64,000 nucleotides of DNA from NCBI RefSeq assembly GCF_009914755.1, contig NC_060933.1; one strand, written 5' to 3'. Shown here one piece after another: positions 26,924 through 41,494 of this stretch. Position numbers and translations under genes: made by a program. The DNA is from the human T2T-CHM13v2.0 reference genome, Homo sapiens. The notes under the pieces were generated by a model. The model had not been told where the DNA came from. It searched no databases and worked only from the letters and a program-made list of their open reading frames with translations. Position 1 is the stretch's first letter, and each line of letters opens with the position of its first letter.

Positions 26924-28322
26924 AAATTCCTTATTTTTAGTCATGCTCATGCCAGATTGGACCAGAGACTTTTTGAGTTTACTAATTTAATAATTATAAA
27001 ATAATTCATTTGATTATTTAAGTATTTTTCACATAGAACTTCACTATTAATGGCAGTCTAATAATAGAAGTTATTCTATTCCAGTATTTTGTATGCATTC
27101 AACTCTAATAATTTTGACTTCCTGAATAGGCACATATTTACCCATTTCCCAAATGCCTAAGAATACGTATGAACCTTGGTTTCATCTGTGTATACTTTTA
27201 ACTGACCTTTGCTGATACATTTTCCTGATGCAGTTACCAGTTCTCTCTTTGAGATTTTAGTTGGTCCTCTAAATTAAAATAAGCTATGATTTAAATTCCT
27301 GAGAGTGAGTGACAGAAACCCTGCTGATGCTTAACAGGGACTCACACTCTTAAATTAAAAGTGAAAATTTTTCTTCCCCACATCCTTTGAACTATAATTA
27401 CATGTAGGGATTGCTACTGTGTTTGCTAAGAGCATGCCCAGAAGACACAATGGGTAATGATCTGCATAGAGAACCAGATCTTAAACTAAGACTAATGTTC
27501 ATTCTGTCACTGAGAAAGCTTTTGTTGAGTCCCTGCTGGGTAAAAGCTCAGCTTGTTGCTGCTAAATCTCTAGTAACCAGAGGCAGTTTTCCTAATATGA
27601 TGATATTTCAGGTTTTCCGTAAGCAAGTGAGGATTTTTACAATCTTAGTATTCTCTTACATTGTTTTGAAATATCTGCATTTAAATGATTTTATAAAAGT
27701 TAGGATAGCCTGGTTTGTGCAACAAGAATAGTATCATTTATCTTCTCATTGTCCAAGAGGATATTCTATGTCACCATGTTTTTGTATAACATCATAGAAG
27801 GAGATATTTAGATTAAAGCTTCAATTTTTCAATGTTTTTGTGTTAATAGAGTAACTGGACCAGAATTAAGGACAAAAAATCTAGGGAGAAACACATTTTT
27901 GGGGATTATTGAAAATAAGGGTAGGCTTCATATTTGGAGCTTCCTGGTTATTCATATTTCAATATGAGTTGCAGTTTGGTTGGTGTGAAGTTCTGGGTTT
28001 GGTTGGCATAAAGCAGATTTTGTATTATGGAGAAGGCAACACAGTGAGCTTAGAGAAGCTGGCCCACCCCATCCCTCAGATCAGAGGAAATAACTTCAAG
28101 TCTCAGCTGGCTGGCATTAGGATCAATGGCCTTCATTACTGGCTGGCATAGTAGCCTATGTGTAGAATGTGAATTAATCCTAGTTACGCAGTGCTGGGGA
28201 ACCAGGACCAGGGTCAAAGCAGTGAGGTTTGGCTATTTAGTGTTTACTTATTTAGCTGCTTTTAAAGTAAATTATAAATTAATAAATTTCTGACTCTACA
28301 CATCACCAAGATGTGGCATTAT

Positions 28323-28428
28323 CACACACACACACATGCGCGTGCACGCACACACACACACACACACACATATGCATACATACATGTCATGCATAAATAT
28401 ATATATATATATACATAAACATGTATAT
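28323..28428. repeat. Compound (CA)n/(TA)n microsatellite
   Basis: Direct observation; includes alternating purine-pyrimidine CACATGCGCGTGCACGCACA. Confidence 0.9.
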
Positions 28429-28619
28429 GGCATTCTCTAAATGCATATAAGGATGTTTTCAACTCTAATTCCGAAACTTAAAAAATCAAGTACATAAAGT
28501 TTCTTAAAGTAACTACAATATAGCTTATAACCCTCCATTTTGTATAAGTGAAAGCAGTTACTAGTTGAGGCTATATACTTTCTAGCCTCCTTTTCTGATA
28601 ATAATCATGATCCTTATAT

Positions 28620-28835
28620 CAAGTAACACTTATTGACGACTTTCAATGCCACAGACACTTAGACATTCTAAGCATTTAACATGCATTAACTCTATTATTC
28701 TGTATAACAAAGCTACAAATTAGAAACTACAATTTTCCTTCATTTTATAGATGAAAGATCCGATATATGAAGTGGCCAAGTAACTTATCCAAGATTACAC
28801 AGCAAGTGACAGGGCCAGGATATCCAACCCCCCAA
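28620..28835 (-). mobile_element. MIR SINE
   Basis: TAACACTTATTGA..CATTTTATAGATGAAAGA..AAGTAACTTATCCAAGATTACACAGC. Confidence 0.8.
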
Positions 28836-30225
28836 AATAATTCCAGAGTATTATGGTAACAACCTGTTTTTATTTAAAAATAAATAAAAAATCAAAAACA
28901 AAAAAACTTTATTTTAAATATTCACTACAGATATAGTAATTGGTTTATTTAATCTAAAACCAATGTATGCTATGGCCTGTAATGCTATTATGAAAAGGAA
29001 AAAGGAGAATAAATAGGCAAATGGAATAAGGTTTATATTTCTCGATAAAGTATCCATGCAGCAAGCACATAGAGAAAAGAAAATGCGAGTGTTTGGGAGC
29101 AAATTTTTTAGATACAGACATTATTTTAAATTTAGTAAAGTATTTCTAATCATTTTCTGCTTTGTGTTGTATATATTTATAATCCTTTATTGCACTGATG
29201 TATTATTATAAGATATGGAAAAAAATTCTTTAGATGCTTCTTTACTTTTTTTTCTATCGATAGAATTCCAAAATCTATCTTACATTTTGGTCTGTTAGTA
29301 TGTCGCAAGGTAAAAATATTTATAGTCATGTAAGCAATTATACTTCTCCTGATCTGGTTAATCTGTTCTGTATCTTTTTTTTTTTAATAAATTTCTTATT
29401 TTTCACTTTCTGGTCTTTTTCCTTTCTTCATCAAGTCCCGTGCCTTGTATTTAATTTCATAATTGGAAGTCAAATTCCAAGGGCATTTTCCACCACAAAA
29501 TAAGCTCCTAAAAGATATTAGTTATTGTTTCATAATTGTTTTGGCCTGAAAAGGAAAACATTGGGTAACAAGGGTAACTGCTGGATCAGTTCTCTAAATT
29601 GCAACTAGAGAACGCTAAATATGTTTTGTGCATGTTGATAATTGACACATTGTAGGCAGGTGTAGCTAAGGAGCCGGAAGGGAAGAAGCAAAATGAGGAA
29701 ACAGTGAGAGCACAACTGGGGTGCAGAATGACAGTGCCAGGAAGCAACAAGGAAGCATTATTGGGGAGAATCTGTTTTATGGGCCAATTTGTAGTTGTCA
29801 AAAATAGAGCCGCGTATTAGTAATAGCAGAGCATAACAAAAGGACTCTGGCTTCCTGGAATAAAGCCTGCCTCCTTTCTCTCCATTTTGAAAACAGTGAT
29901 TCAGACAATGTTAATGAGATTTTGAAGACTTTTAGCCTGGGTGCATGATCTATGAGCTTTAATGTTTGCTCAGTATCAGCTGTATTGAATTATTCTTCTT
30001 GCTTCAACTTTATCCAACAAAATAATACAAATTCCTAGGGGTGCTAGACATGCTCTGCCCCCCCCAAAAAAGCACATTTTTCTAAGCAATAGAGACCTTT
30101 CATCAACAGGAATGTTCATAATTACCTATGAATTCCCATGTACAAAAAAATATTTTCAAGAAATGGTCACTCGGCCACTGTTATTTCCTCTACCATCCTG
30201 TAGTACAGAAGAAACAAGTTGCCTT

Positions 30226-30685
<460 letters not shown>

Positions 30686-32099
30686 CCTGCAGGCTGTTCT
30701 GTGACAAGCAGTTCAATCAATTAAAGCAGCAGTCTGATGAAGCTTAATCACAGGTTTCTAAAAATCATCGGGGAGCAGGAATTCTAAATCTTGTTCTTTA
30801 TTTAACAGATGAGGGTCATTGGTTATAAAGTTGAGCTACAGAGTGTGGCAGACAATTATCAGTCAATAACCATTATTTTAAAAAGGACTCAGAGCACATG
30901 CTCTATAATTATGAATCAATTGTATCATCTTCACATAGAAAAGGTTGCACATTATAGTGAATGAACCCCATGGGGCACTAATGCCCAATTGTTGGCTGAA
31001 CTATTATGGTTTATTTTTCAATTATTTTTCCCTAATCTTGGAAAAAGAAATATTTTCTTTCTCCATATTAAGGAAAAGGGCTTTGACATTTTGGCATTTC
31101 TGTATTTTCTGTATCACTGTGCTTTCTCCACTTTAATTAAAATAATCTAAAAGTATTCATAGTATACCTTATAAATTTTTCACAATCATAAATCTCACTT
31201 ATATTCTTAGCAAGTATTTAATAAGTTCATATAATTATCTTGAAAACTAGGTGGTTGTTTTTGTCATTATTTAATGGTAGGTTTTACCGTGTCTCTCTTT
31301 CCTTGTTTCCCCAACACACAAGCCCAGAGTTCAGTTTAATCTTATTTATTCTATATTCTAGACTGTTGTCAGGTCCTATTTATCCTTTTTCAGTTGACCT
31401 ATAATATTTTATTTTTCTTCTATTTTCTCCAAACCTTCTCACTCTTATCTAAAATTGTGCATATTGGAACTCCTTTACCCAATTCTTGATAAGTTTAGCA
31501 ACAAAATAAAAATAAAGATGGTACCAGTGTTTCATGTTCCCCCAGATTTGATCTTTGGTAGAGAGAAATGCCTATCACATTATTAATTAGTTTCATGTAG
31601 CAAACAGATTTTTTTGGCCTTTCATTTTAACCTTTTTTTGACTGACATTGAGAATACAACTGTTTCTTTAGTTGGATTGAATTGGCCAATCCATTTGCAA
31701 GTAAAATTTTGCATAAGAAGGCAAAACCTTATTCCAGTGCTAAATCATTGAAACATGTTTTCATTTCCAGTTGTCTAGGGTAAACTTCAAGCTATGACTT
31801 CTACATTTTAAATGTTAACTCTTTGATTCTAGTAACAACTATTTCAAAATATAGTTTTTAATCACAAAGCCCAGAAGCTAAAACAAGATAGTTCATACAT
31901 ATACACATTTATCTTTATTTTACTGCCTAGAAATCTGCCCCATGGAAAGCAATATTTGCTGATTTATTTTATCATTTTGTTATAAAAAATTGCCTGGTTT
32001 ATCCAATCTATCTTATGAATACTTTATCCCAAAAAATACAAAAGTAATGAAATACCACGGAAGTTATTTTTAATAAAGCAGTAGGTTATTGTATTAACT

Positions 32100-33179
32100 T
32101 GTTTTTATAATTTATTTTGAAATAATTTCAAAGATTCAGAATAATTTTAAGAACTGCACACATTTTCCCATATGTCTCTAAGTTCCCTAATTGTTAATAT
32201 GTTACCGTCTCTCTCCCCTCATTCCCATTATTGAGCTGTAAATATATTGTCCATTTGTTCACAAGCACACTGAAATGTATCTCCCATAAACAAGGACACT
32301 CTTATTTGTTACATCTCTTCAGTGATACCAATCAGGACATCAACTTCAATAGCCACACTGCCATCCAGATCAGGAAAGCCAATTAAAGTCACCAACTGTC
32401 ATGCATTCTATCAGGTTGTCATGTCTCTTCAGTCTAGTCTCCTTCAATCCTGAACAGATCTTCAGCCTTTTCCTGTCTTTCATAATGTAGACAGTTGTGA
32501 AGAATACAGACATTTAATTATGTAAGATGATCATCAATCAGGGTCTATCCAATACTGCCTTATGACCAGGCTCAGGCCGTGTCTTGGACTGGAGCATCAT
32601 TGAAGTGGTATGTTCTCAGGACATCACATCAGGAGGCAAATTATATTGAACCATCCCCTTGCTGGTTATGTTAACCTTGATCGTCTGGTCAAGTTATTCT
32701 TTGCCAGGTTTCTCTAAAGTGGCTGTTTCCCTTTTTAATTATTTTGTGAGGTAATACTGTAAAACTATGTCAATATTCTGTTCTTAATTATATCCATCCT
32801 CCAGTCCTAGCATCTGCTAGCAACTCCTGCATATCATCACAATCATGGTTGGCAAATGGTAAAGCGCATTTTGATGGTCAAATTTCCCCAGATTTGACCA
32901 GTGGATTCTCTTCAAAATGGCTCCTATGTTGTTCTGGCATGTTCTCATCTTCTTTGAACATTTCCTTATGTTTGCCACAAAATGCTCCAGGCTCATCCTG
33001 TACTTTTCTTAACCCGGCTCTGGAGTCAACCACTTTTCTAAGGAGCTCTGGTTTTTTTCAGTGGAGGATGGTATTTAGAAACAAAGATCTTAATACTCAG
33101 TGTGCTCATTCCTACTACAGCAATATTACTACTAGGCCATATCAGTAGAGAGAAGTAAGGAAAAAATTTTTTATATATT

Positions 33180-33211
<32 letters not shown>

Positions 33212-33400
33212 ATACATAATTTTATATATATGTATATAAGAGTGATGAATTCCATTGTATCCATGAATATGTACTAAAAAAAATCTGTTCACGCCTTTTC
33301 CTCCAATTCCAATTCACTACTTCAGTGTTATTTCTGTACTTGTAAATCTACTCCTGATATCCATGATTCTCAATGTATTTACTCGTTTATCTCCTGCCAT
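32100..33400 (-). mobile_element. L1MC4/L1MC5-like 3' end
   Basis: TTATTTTGAAATAATTTCAAA..GTTGTCATGTCTCTTCAGTCT..CCAGATTTGACCAGTGG..TGCTCCAGGCTCATCCTGTACTTT..GGTATTTAGAAACAAAGATCT. Confidence 0.85.
33170..33237. repeat. (TA)n microsatellite
   Basis: Direct observation. Confidence 0.9.
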
Positions 33401-34184
33401 CCCACTGACACCTACTTTCTTGTTAAGTACTCTGCAGACTTTCTTGACCCTACCCCCACCTCCACTGCCATCAGACCTGCAGCCAACTCTGCTGCCATTT
33501 TCTTGTTTTTAGGACATGTTGTCACCTCCCCCATAGCCATCCTTCACCCCACCCTATCACTGCTTTCTCAGACATTAGGATGCCATCATCTCTGTGTACC
33601 CCTCCCCTCATCCTTTTTAATGACTTGACAGCCACTGTTTTAATCTTCTGTATAGGAAAGAATACTCACTTACTGTGAAAAATAAGCTTACATTATGAGT
33701 ATTGCCAAGGCAGATGTTACTTCAGTAGCCTGAGAAATTAAAGATGACTTAAAGATGATAACATTTCAGATGATAAGATTTCAAATGAAATTGGAAACTT
33801 TAGGACATTTGGTTTCTGCGGCTAACATCTCCAAAGTTAGCAATTATCTTGTTACTCTATTTCATGTGCATACTTCGTTGATTGCCTGTCAACAGCATTC
33901 AACAGTGCTAACCACTCTTCCATGGGAAAATACCTTTCTATTGCCTTTTATGCTACTACTTTTGACGAGTAAAGAAAAAAAGATTTTTTCCACCACATTA
34001 CAGCATCACGAGGAAGGTGGCAGCATGCTGCAGATGATAAAGTGATTCACATTAACTTAATTAATCCCAAAGATGCAGGAACTTGAAGTCAGAGAGAATA
34101 AGGGAAGACATATCCTTCAAGATTTTATTTGATAGATTTGGAGAAACTCTATGCATATGATTGTGATTTTTGTCAATTTAATTT

Positions 34185-34680
34185 GATATCTTTTTTGTTT
34201 TTAACTTTATGTCTGTAAAGTGTATTTCTTGTAAATAACAGATATTGGGCTCATCTTCTATCAAATTTGATCATCTTTGCTTTTTACTTAAGGTGCTTAG
34301 TCCATTTGCATTTAATATAGCTATTCATATGTTTAAATTTAAGTCTACCCTCTTGGAGTTTAATTTATGTTAACCACTGTCTTTGTCCCTTTTCTCCTTT
34401 CCTCACTGTTTTCAGTATTTTTTTTTTTGTAATTCTACTCTTATCTCCTATTAACTTTGTAGTTACATCACTTTATGGGATTCGTTAGTGATTGCTCAAC
34501 AGACTGCAAAACATACCTTTAAGTTATTACTATCTGTCTTTAACAGTGTTATACCTGTTCAAAGCAATGTAAGAAACTTATAACACTACACATCCAAATA
34601 CCATCCTCCCACCATTTGAAATCTTGTCACATATTTTATATTTTGAAATCTTGTACTATTTTGTTTATAGCTTACCTTTG
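34185..34680 (-). mobile_element. Old L1M ORF1/inter-ORF remnant
   Basis: AAAGTGTATTTCTTGTAAATAACAGATATTGGG..TTAGTCCATTTGCATTTAATATAG..TTTAAGTCTACC. Confidence 0.65.
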
Positions 34681-35247
34681 TGTACTATAAACTACACTAA
34701 GCATCATATTTTCTTCCTCTTTCAGATTTCTCATATTTCTTTTGAGCATAAAAATATGATATAACATTAGAGGTTGAAGTAAATAACATTTATGCCCAGA
34801 GGCAGATGCGCCTCTTTTTCTAGGCTGTAAATGGTATCTGCGTATGGCAGGGAGCAAGGAGGTGGGGTAGATAATTTATTCTGGTTTGCATAGAGCTGGT
34901 AGTGAGCTTTGTGATAGCTTTAGTTAAGTTCAATTTACAATAAACTTCAAACTATTTGATGACAAAATCAGAACCTTTCCCGTGACGGGGATTGGGTTCT
35001 GGGTGCCTTGAGGGATTTTTTTTTTTTTATTTCTCCTACTTTTCTCTCAGTCTTCACCAGATCTGTGTGCTTACTCCTTGGAAATATCTCTATCAGTTAT
35101 CTTGACTGCTCCACCCCAAACTTGCTGCCCTCGCCCCCACCCCACCACAACAGAAATAGCCAGCTGTTGCCTCATATTATACAAGATATGGAATGCTTGG
35201 AGAATTTCTCTAAACTCTCTTACTCTGCCCTCTGACTTACTCAGGCC

Positions 35248-35768
35248 TCTATTAGTTTACTAGTGCTCCTAAAGAAAAACAACAACAAAAACTACCACAA
35301 TCTTAAGTGGCTTAAAATAATACAAATTTAATATTTTACAGTTTGAAGGTCATAAACAAGTGAATCTCTGCATAGGTCTTACTGGGCTAAAATTAAGGTG
35401 TCAACAGGACTACATTCCTTCTTGGGGCACCAAGGGAAAACCACATTTCTTTTTTCAGCTTCTAGAGGCCACCTGCATTCCTTAGCTCATAATCCCCTTC
35501 CATCTTCAGACCCCAAAATTGCATCAACACAAACCTCTGCTTGTCTTATCTCCTCAGACTCTGACATTTTCTGCCTCCATCTTTCACTTATTAGGACTCT
35601 TGTGATGACGTTGGACATGAGTGAACATAATACAGGACACTCTCAGTCTCAATATTCTTAACCTAATTACATCCGCAAAGTCTCTTTTCCTATGTAAGAT
35701 AGTATATTCATAGGTTCTGAAGATTAGGACTTGGACAGCTTTAGGAGACCATTATTCTGCCAACCACC
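35248..35768 (-). mobile_element. MLT1C/D-like MaLR solo LTR
   Basis: TATTAGTTT..ACTACCACAATCTTAAGTGGCTTAAAA..CAGCTTCTAGAGGCCACCTGCATTCCTT..ATTAGGACTTGGACA..CCATTATTCTGCCAACCAC. Confidence 0.88.
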
Positions 35769-36273
35769 GTCCCTCTGTGCCTACACTTCAGGAAGATCTC
35801 GCTCAGCTTTCTGGCTCTTTCCCAAGTTACAGAAGTCCTGCTGCAACATATTCACTGTAAATATCAAGGTGCCTATGCGTTTTCTCAATTATCATGCCTG
35901 ACTTTAGATTCTAGTAAGTTCCACATACCTGTGCCTCAAAGGGTTCTTACTCAATTCCCTGCCAGTCTTCACCTGCACATAACCACTGCCTCATATTCAG
36001 CGTAAAATCCACAAATGCTTCTAAGTTTCTTCTCCATTTAACTGTGCAAGTTTCAGACATCACAGGCAGTGTGTTTCTGGGCCACACCGGGGAGTTCCTG
36101 ACAGCTCCTCTGTCACATCATCAGCCACAGGTGACCACCGTTTTACTCTCTCTCAGGGCCCAGAGAGCTCGTGGAGTTCTGTTCATTCAGCTCCAACTTC
36201 AGCCCATCTGATACACATGTGCCGTAGAGAGTTAGAAATTTAAAAATTTAAATATCAGAAATGTAAAAATTTC

Positions 36274-37587
36274 TCTAATGAAATTTTTTAAATTGTCATT
36301 TTTTAGGTTTTCCTAGTGTATCTCATCAGTAGAGTTGGGGCAATAATCTGCTTTGTCTATACACACATTATAAGTAGAAGCATAAGTCTTTCCATTTAAA
36401 TGGAACCTTGAAAGGCAGAATAAACCCATCTAACAAATCATATCATATATATATTATATATATATATATATGTATATCTGAGAAAGAACCCTTGGAGGAG
36501 GATAGACGTCCACTGTAGCTATACCAGTGAAGGAACGATAAGACTTTCCTGCCTTCAGTATTTTATATGTGTACTTAGTTAAGGCCCACTGGAAAGAGTT
36601 ACAGGTATATAGAGATTCTCCTTGCTCTTTGGCATGGTTCACAGACATGCCAGCACACACCCAATCTTTCAAAAAGTTCTTCTGTCATCTTCTTGCCTTT
36701 ACAATAGCAGCACGCTTGTCCCCCTGCCTTTTCACCAATGATGAAAGCAGTATGCATCTAATTTTTCCCAAAGCGTGTCCACACCTCTGAATTTTAGTTT
36801 ATTAGGTTTCTTTGTAAGCTCAGTTATCTAAAGAAATTTTTTAAATTGTAATTTTTTAGGTTTTCCTAATGTGTGTCATCAGTAGAGTGGGGGCAATAAT
36901 CTGCTTTGTCTATACACACATTATAAGTAGAAGCATTAGTTTTTCGGTTTAAATGGAACCTAAGAAAGCAGAAAAAAAACTGTCTAACATGTGAGTTACA
37001 AATTGGGCTTGTCCAGGATTAGTTTAAACTCCCAATGTTAAATCCATCTGCATCTCAGTCTAAATTACTACCTAATATTTGATTCAATATTTTATCCTCA
37101 AAAATCACTGTTAAATTATGGCACGATAGGTGAAGGAAAGACTAAATTTACACAATATGGATTGTACTGATCCACTGAATAATACCACAAAATCAAAAGA
37201 AAGTTTTTGCTTTCTTAGCTGGGCCTTAAAGCTCTTATCTTTGCTGTTCTCGATCGGAAGTTCCTTAAAGCCTTTTTCTTTGCTATTCTTGATAGGAAGT
37301 TCCAGATGGAAAGCCTGCTAGTATTTATAGTTGCTTAGAGTAATTGTAATTAATTCCAAAAATTTCCTAAAATAGAAGAAGAAAGAACTATGAAACCTGA
37401 TATAAAAGTATTATTCATTGACACAGACTTTTTCTTAAAATCAAAGTGTTTGCAGGAAGGGGATGTAAAGTCTTTGATCAGGACTTCGGGCCTGTTCAGA
37501 GATACATATTTTTATTTATCTGAGAAAGAACCCCTGGAGGAGGATACACTTCTATTGCAGCTAAACCAGCGAATCAACTATGAGACT
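36274..37587. repeat. Old local tandem duplication: A 36274-36435 / A' 36827-36989; B 36475-36545 / B' 37517-37587
   Basis: Shared blocks such as GGGGCAATAATCTGCTTTGTCTATACACACATTATAAGTAGAAGCAT and TATCTGAGAAAGAACCC(T/C)TGGAGGAGGATA. Confidence 0.9.
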
Positions 37588-38005
37588 ACTGGGAGAGACC
37601 ACATGCCATCTGAAACTGAGGATAATCTTAGCAACTGCATTGCCAGAAAATAATGGCTGAACCATGCCACACCTCAGGGATGTTGTGATACTGAGCAGAC
37701 TATGAGTTAGAACAGTAAAAAAGGCTGGCAAGGAGCCTCTCTCGGGTCTTAGATGCTGTTTGTAGCATTAAAACAGCAAATGCTTCAGGGTGTGGGGCTA
37801 GCTGCTGAACAGCAACCAAATGAGCATGCAGTAACGTGGAGAGCAGCTGGTGTGTACACAAATTTTAACCCACAGAAGAAAAAAAAAAATCTTCATAGGT
37901 ATTAAAAATGTGAGAGGTGTTTGCAAAGAGCTGTGTACAGAGCTGCCGTGGCGAAAAGTGGGTTTGACAAGAACAAACAATGAGACTATTTAGAGTAAAA
38001 CCCTG

Positions 38006-38510
<505 letters not shown>

Positions 38511-39187
38511 TCAGAACTAGAGCATGGAAGTGAATGCCTATATGACATAATTCAAATATGTTATGTTTAAAACTTCAGAGGAGTAAAGACAGGAGCCTCC
38601 CTCCTAGAAAAGCTCCCAGAGAAGACATGCAGCTCTGACAGGAAATTAATTCTACTAATGTGCTACTGAGGTGGCAGATGGTCACAAACAAGATAGCTGT
38701 AACAAATCAACAAATTATCTCCTGGGACATCAAATTTAGCATGCCTGAAGCTGACCCAGGAAAAAGTTCTAGCAATGTGACTCTGCTGCCAAGGACCAAA
38801 TGATTTGAGCATGATCCCAGATACAACTGAGGATGTCTCCTAGCAGAGAGGCTAGATAGCGCTTGATACAAAATGCTCATGGGACTGGACTACATTCTCA
38901 GCATACTATAAAATACATTCTCAGCATACTCAGTTTACAATTACTCAATAAAGTGTTGCCTATGGGAAAATGGATGTTACTTGTCAAATTTCACTAGGAG
39001 CTGCAGTGATGGGCTAATTAAGAAATGCTTGGAAAGGATTGAAAAAATTAAGAGATAAACCTTTCTAAACATATGTTGCCCACTCGCATCTGATAAGGAG
39101 AGACTCCGGAGTCAGAGGATGAGAGAGTATGCAGGATTAGGGAAACTAACATCACCTGGGATTCAGAAGGTGGAAAAAATGTGACAG

Positions 39188-39320
39188 AGCAGTGATTCTC
39201 AAACGTTAATATTTATGTGAATCACCTGAGGATCTTGTTAAAAATGTAGATTCTGATTTTGCGTTTCTCACATGTTTTCAAGTGAGGCAGATGCTGCTAT
39301 CTCGGGACAACATTACAAGG
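39188..39320. mobile_element. MER5A, internally deleted
   Basis: CAGTGATTCTCAAAC..GAATCACCTGAGGATCTTGTTAAAAATGTAGATTCTGATT..GATGCTGCT. Confidence 0.75.
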
Positions 39321-39450
39321 AACATGACAATGGAGTTTCAGGCAGAGAAAATAATCTTATGCTCCTAGCTAAACCTGAGCCTCACACTGCGAATTTTTGG
39401 TTTTGTTTTGTTTTGTTCTTAAGGAAAGCAATCTCTTTAAAGAAACAAAC

Positions 39451-39829
39451 TGATATGATTTAGCTCTGTGTCCCCACCCAAATCTCATCTCCAATTGTAA
39501 TCCCCACGTGTCAGGGGAGGGGTCTGCTGGGAGGTGATTGAATCATGGGGGTGGATTTCCCTGCTTTGTTCTCGTGATAGTAGTGAATGAGTTCTCATGC
39601 GATCTGGTTGCCTGAGAGTGTGTGGCACCTTCCTCTTCACTCTCGCTCCTGCTCCGCCCTGGTAAAGATGTGCTTGCTTCCCCTTCTGTCATGATTGTAC
39701 GTTTCCTGAGGCCTCCCAGTCATGGTTCCTGTTATGCCTGCAGAACTGTGAGTCAATTAAACCTCTTTTCTTCATAAATTACCAAGTCTCAGATAGTGCT
39801 TTATAGCAGTGTTGGAATGAACTAATGCA
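39451..39829 (+). mobile_element. THE1D/MSTA-like MaLR solo LTR
   Basis: TGATATGATTTAGCTCTGTGTCCCCACCCAAATCTCATC...AACTAATGCA; TSD CAAAC at 39446-39450 and 39830-39834. Confidence 0.95.
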
Positions 39830-41494
39830 CAAACAAAAAACCCATTTTGAAGGAAAAGAATCATCTCCTTGATTCCCTCATGGTTTATTTTCTGCTGATA
39901 CTCTTCCTCTGCTGTCTTTAGTGCTCTTGGAACACAAACAGCCAGGTTCTTCATTCCCACCCGGCATCCCTAGCACTAAAGTTTCCCTAAGACTATAGTA
40001 AGAAGAGATATAGAACCGTGAACAGGAATAGATGAGACTTGAACCTCTCTGTTATCACTATGAGGTTGTGACAAAAGTCTTATATTCTGAGTGCTGACTT
40101 ATGTGGGTTTTTGCATACAGATCATATTGATAAACATCATATATTAAAATGTTTATTCTTACTCTTATTATATTCATGAAGCCATGTCTTCCTAAATGGT
40201 GACAATTTTAATATGAAAACTTGATAAGAAAATAGCATATGAGATGTGATATATTCCTCCATAAGACTGAATTTGTACAAAATGGAAAGTTGATGCTGAC
40301 CTGACGTATTATGTAGATATATGGTAAACTGTCATAGATGCCAACATCTATCTGAATGTAAAGGTGGCTCCTCCAGATGCTACTTTCAGCAGGTGCATCA
40401 AAAAGGCTGCAGGTTTTCCCCAGACTATTCCTTGAGCAGGTGTTATTAGACAACATCTGCTATTTTCCTGCTCATAAACCTTTAATTGAAGTCCTCTCCA
40501 CACTAACAGTCTAGTTATCTGATACTTATTTGGGTCAGGTTTGTTTGAAGCCCTTAAAAAAAGGCGGGGGGGGCATACACCATCTTAAGATTCATAGCCA
40601 TTCCTCCTGAGAAATGGTGAGTAACCAGGCAACTATTATAAATTGCTACCTTTAGAGAAGATGTCCTTCTTTGGTTTTGGGATTTGTTTGTCTCATTTGC
40701 AGTCAAATAATCTTTTTAAACTAGTCTTCGGTGCAAAAATGGAGAGGCAGGCTTATGATGTGTAATATAGGCTGAAATATTAGTAAGTTTTTCTCACTCA
40801 TTTTTTAAATTATCTGTAACTTAGGTTACAGCAAGATTCCCAGACTTTAGAATTTATGGATCAATATAATTTTAAAATAAATAAAAATTGAGGAACTAGG
40901 ATAGGGCTGCAGCATTCATGTTGCCAATTAAGTGTTTCTAAAGAAGGAAAAAGTAGTCTCAACCACTATCTGCTATGAGCACAATTTCATAAAATGAAAA
41001 CTACATGAACCATGAGATAGAGTAAATAGGAGGGATAGTCTTTCAGAATAAAAGCAATTTTAAGCCAAATAAACTTAGCTTTACGGAAATTTCACTTTCT
41101 ATTGTATTTCTTCTTTCTATTGTGAATTCTTCACTTATGTTAACTCTCACGCCATATTTCTCTTTTGCCTCCTTGCTCATATGTACCACGCATATTTTAA
41201 ATCTGAGCATTTATCTAATGGTTATCCACTAATAGAGGGTGAATTCAAACCTAGGACTATTTGATTTTAACTTTGCCATATAACCTCCTGGTAACAACCT
41301 CAAAGCAAACCCCTCTCTTCCATATTTTTGTTATTTTTCTCTTCAGTTTGATTTTTTCCCTCTGTCCTGAAAAAATATTGGCAAATTATTGCTTCTCGGT
41401 TATTCTAATTTAAGTCAAATGCTCATCGTTTCTAATCTGTTATCTTAAAATTGTCCTATAATTTGCTTCTATAAACTCAGTCTGTATTTGAATA

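Noticed and set aside
34005-34026. CTCF-like GGAAGGTGGCAGCA
   Set aside because: Only the 3' half of the motif matches; the CCAC/CCAG 5' part is absent
40320-40450. Short Cys-rich frame MVNCHRCQHLSECKGG...
   Set aside because: About 42 aa, no recognisable spacing pattern, no splice or promoter support
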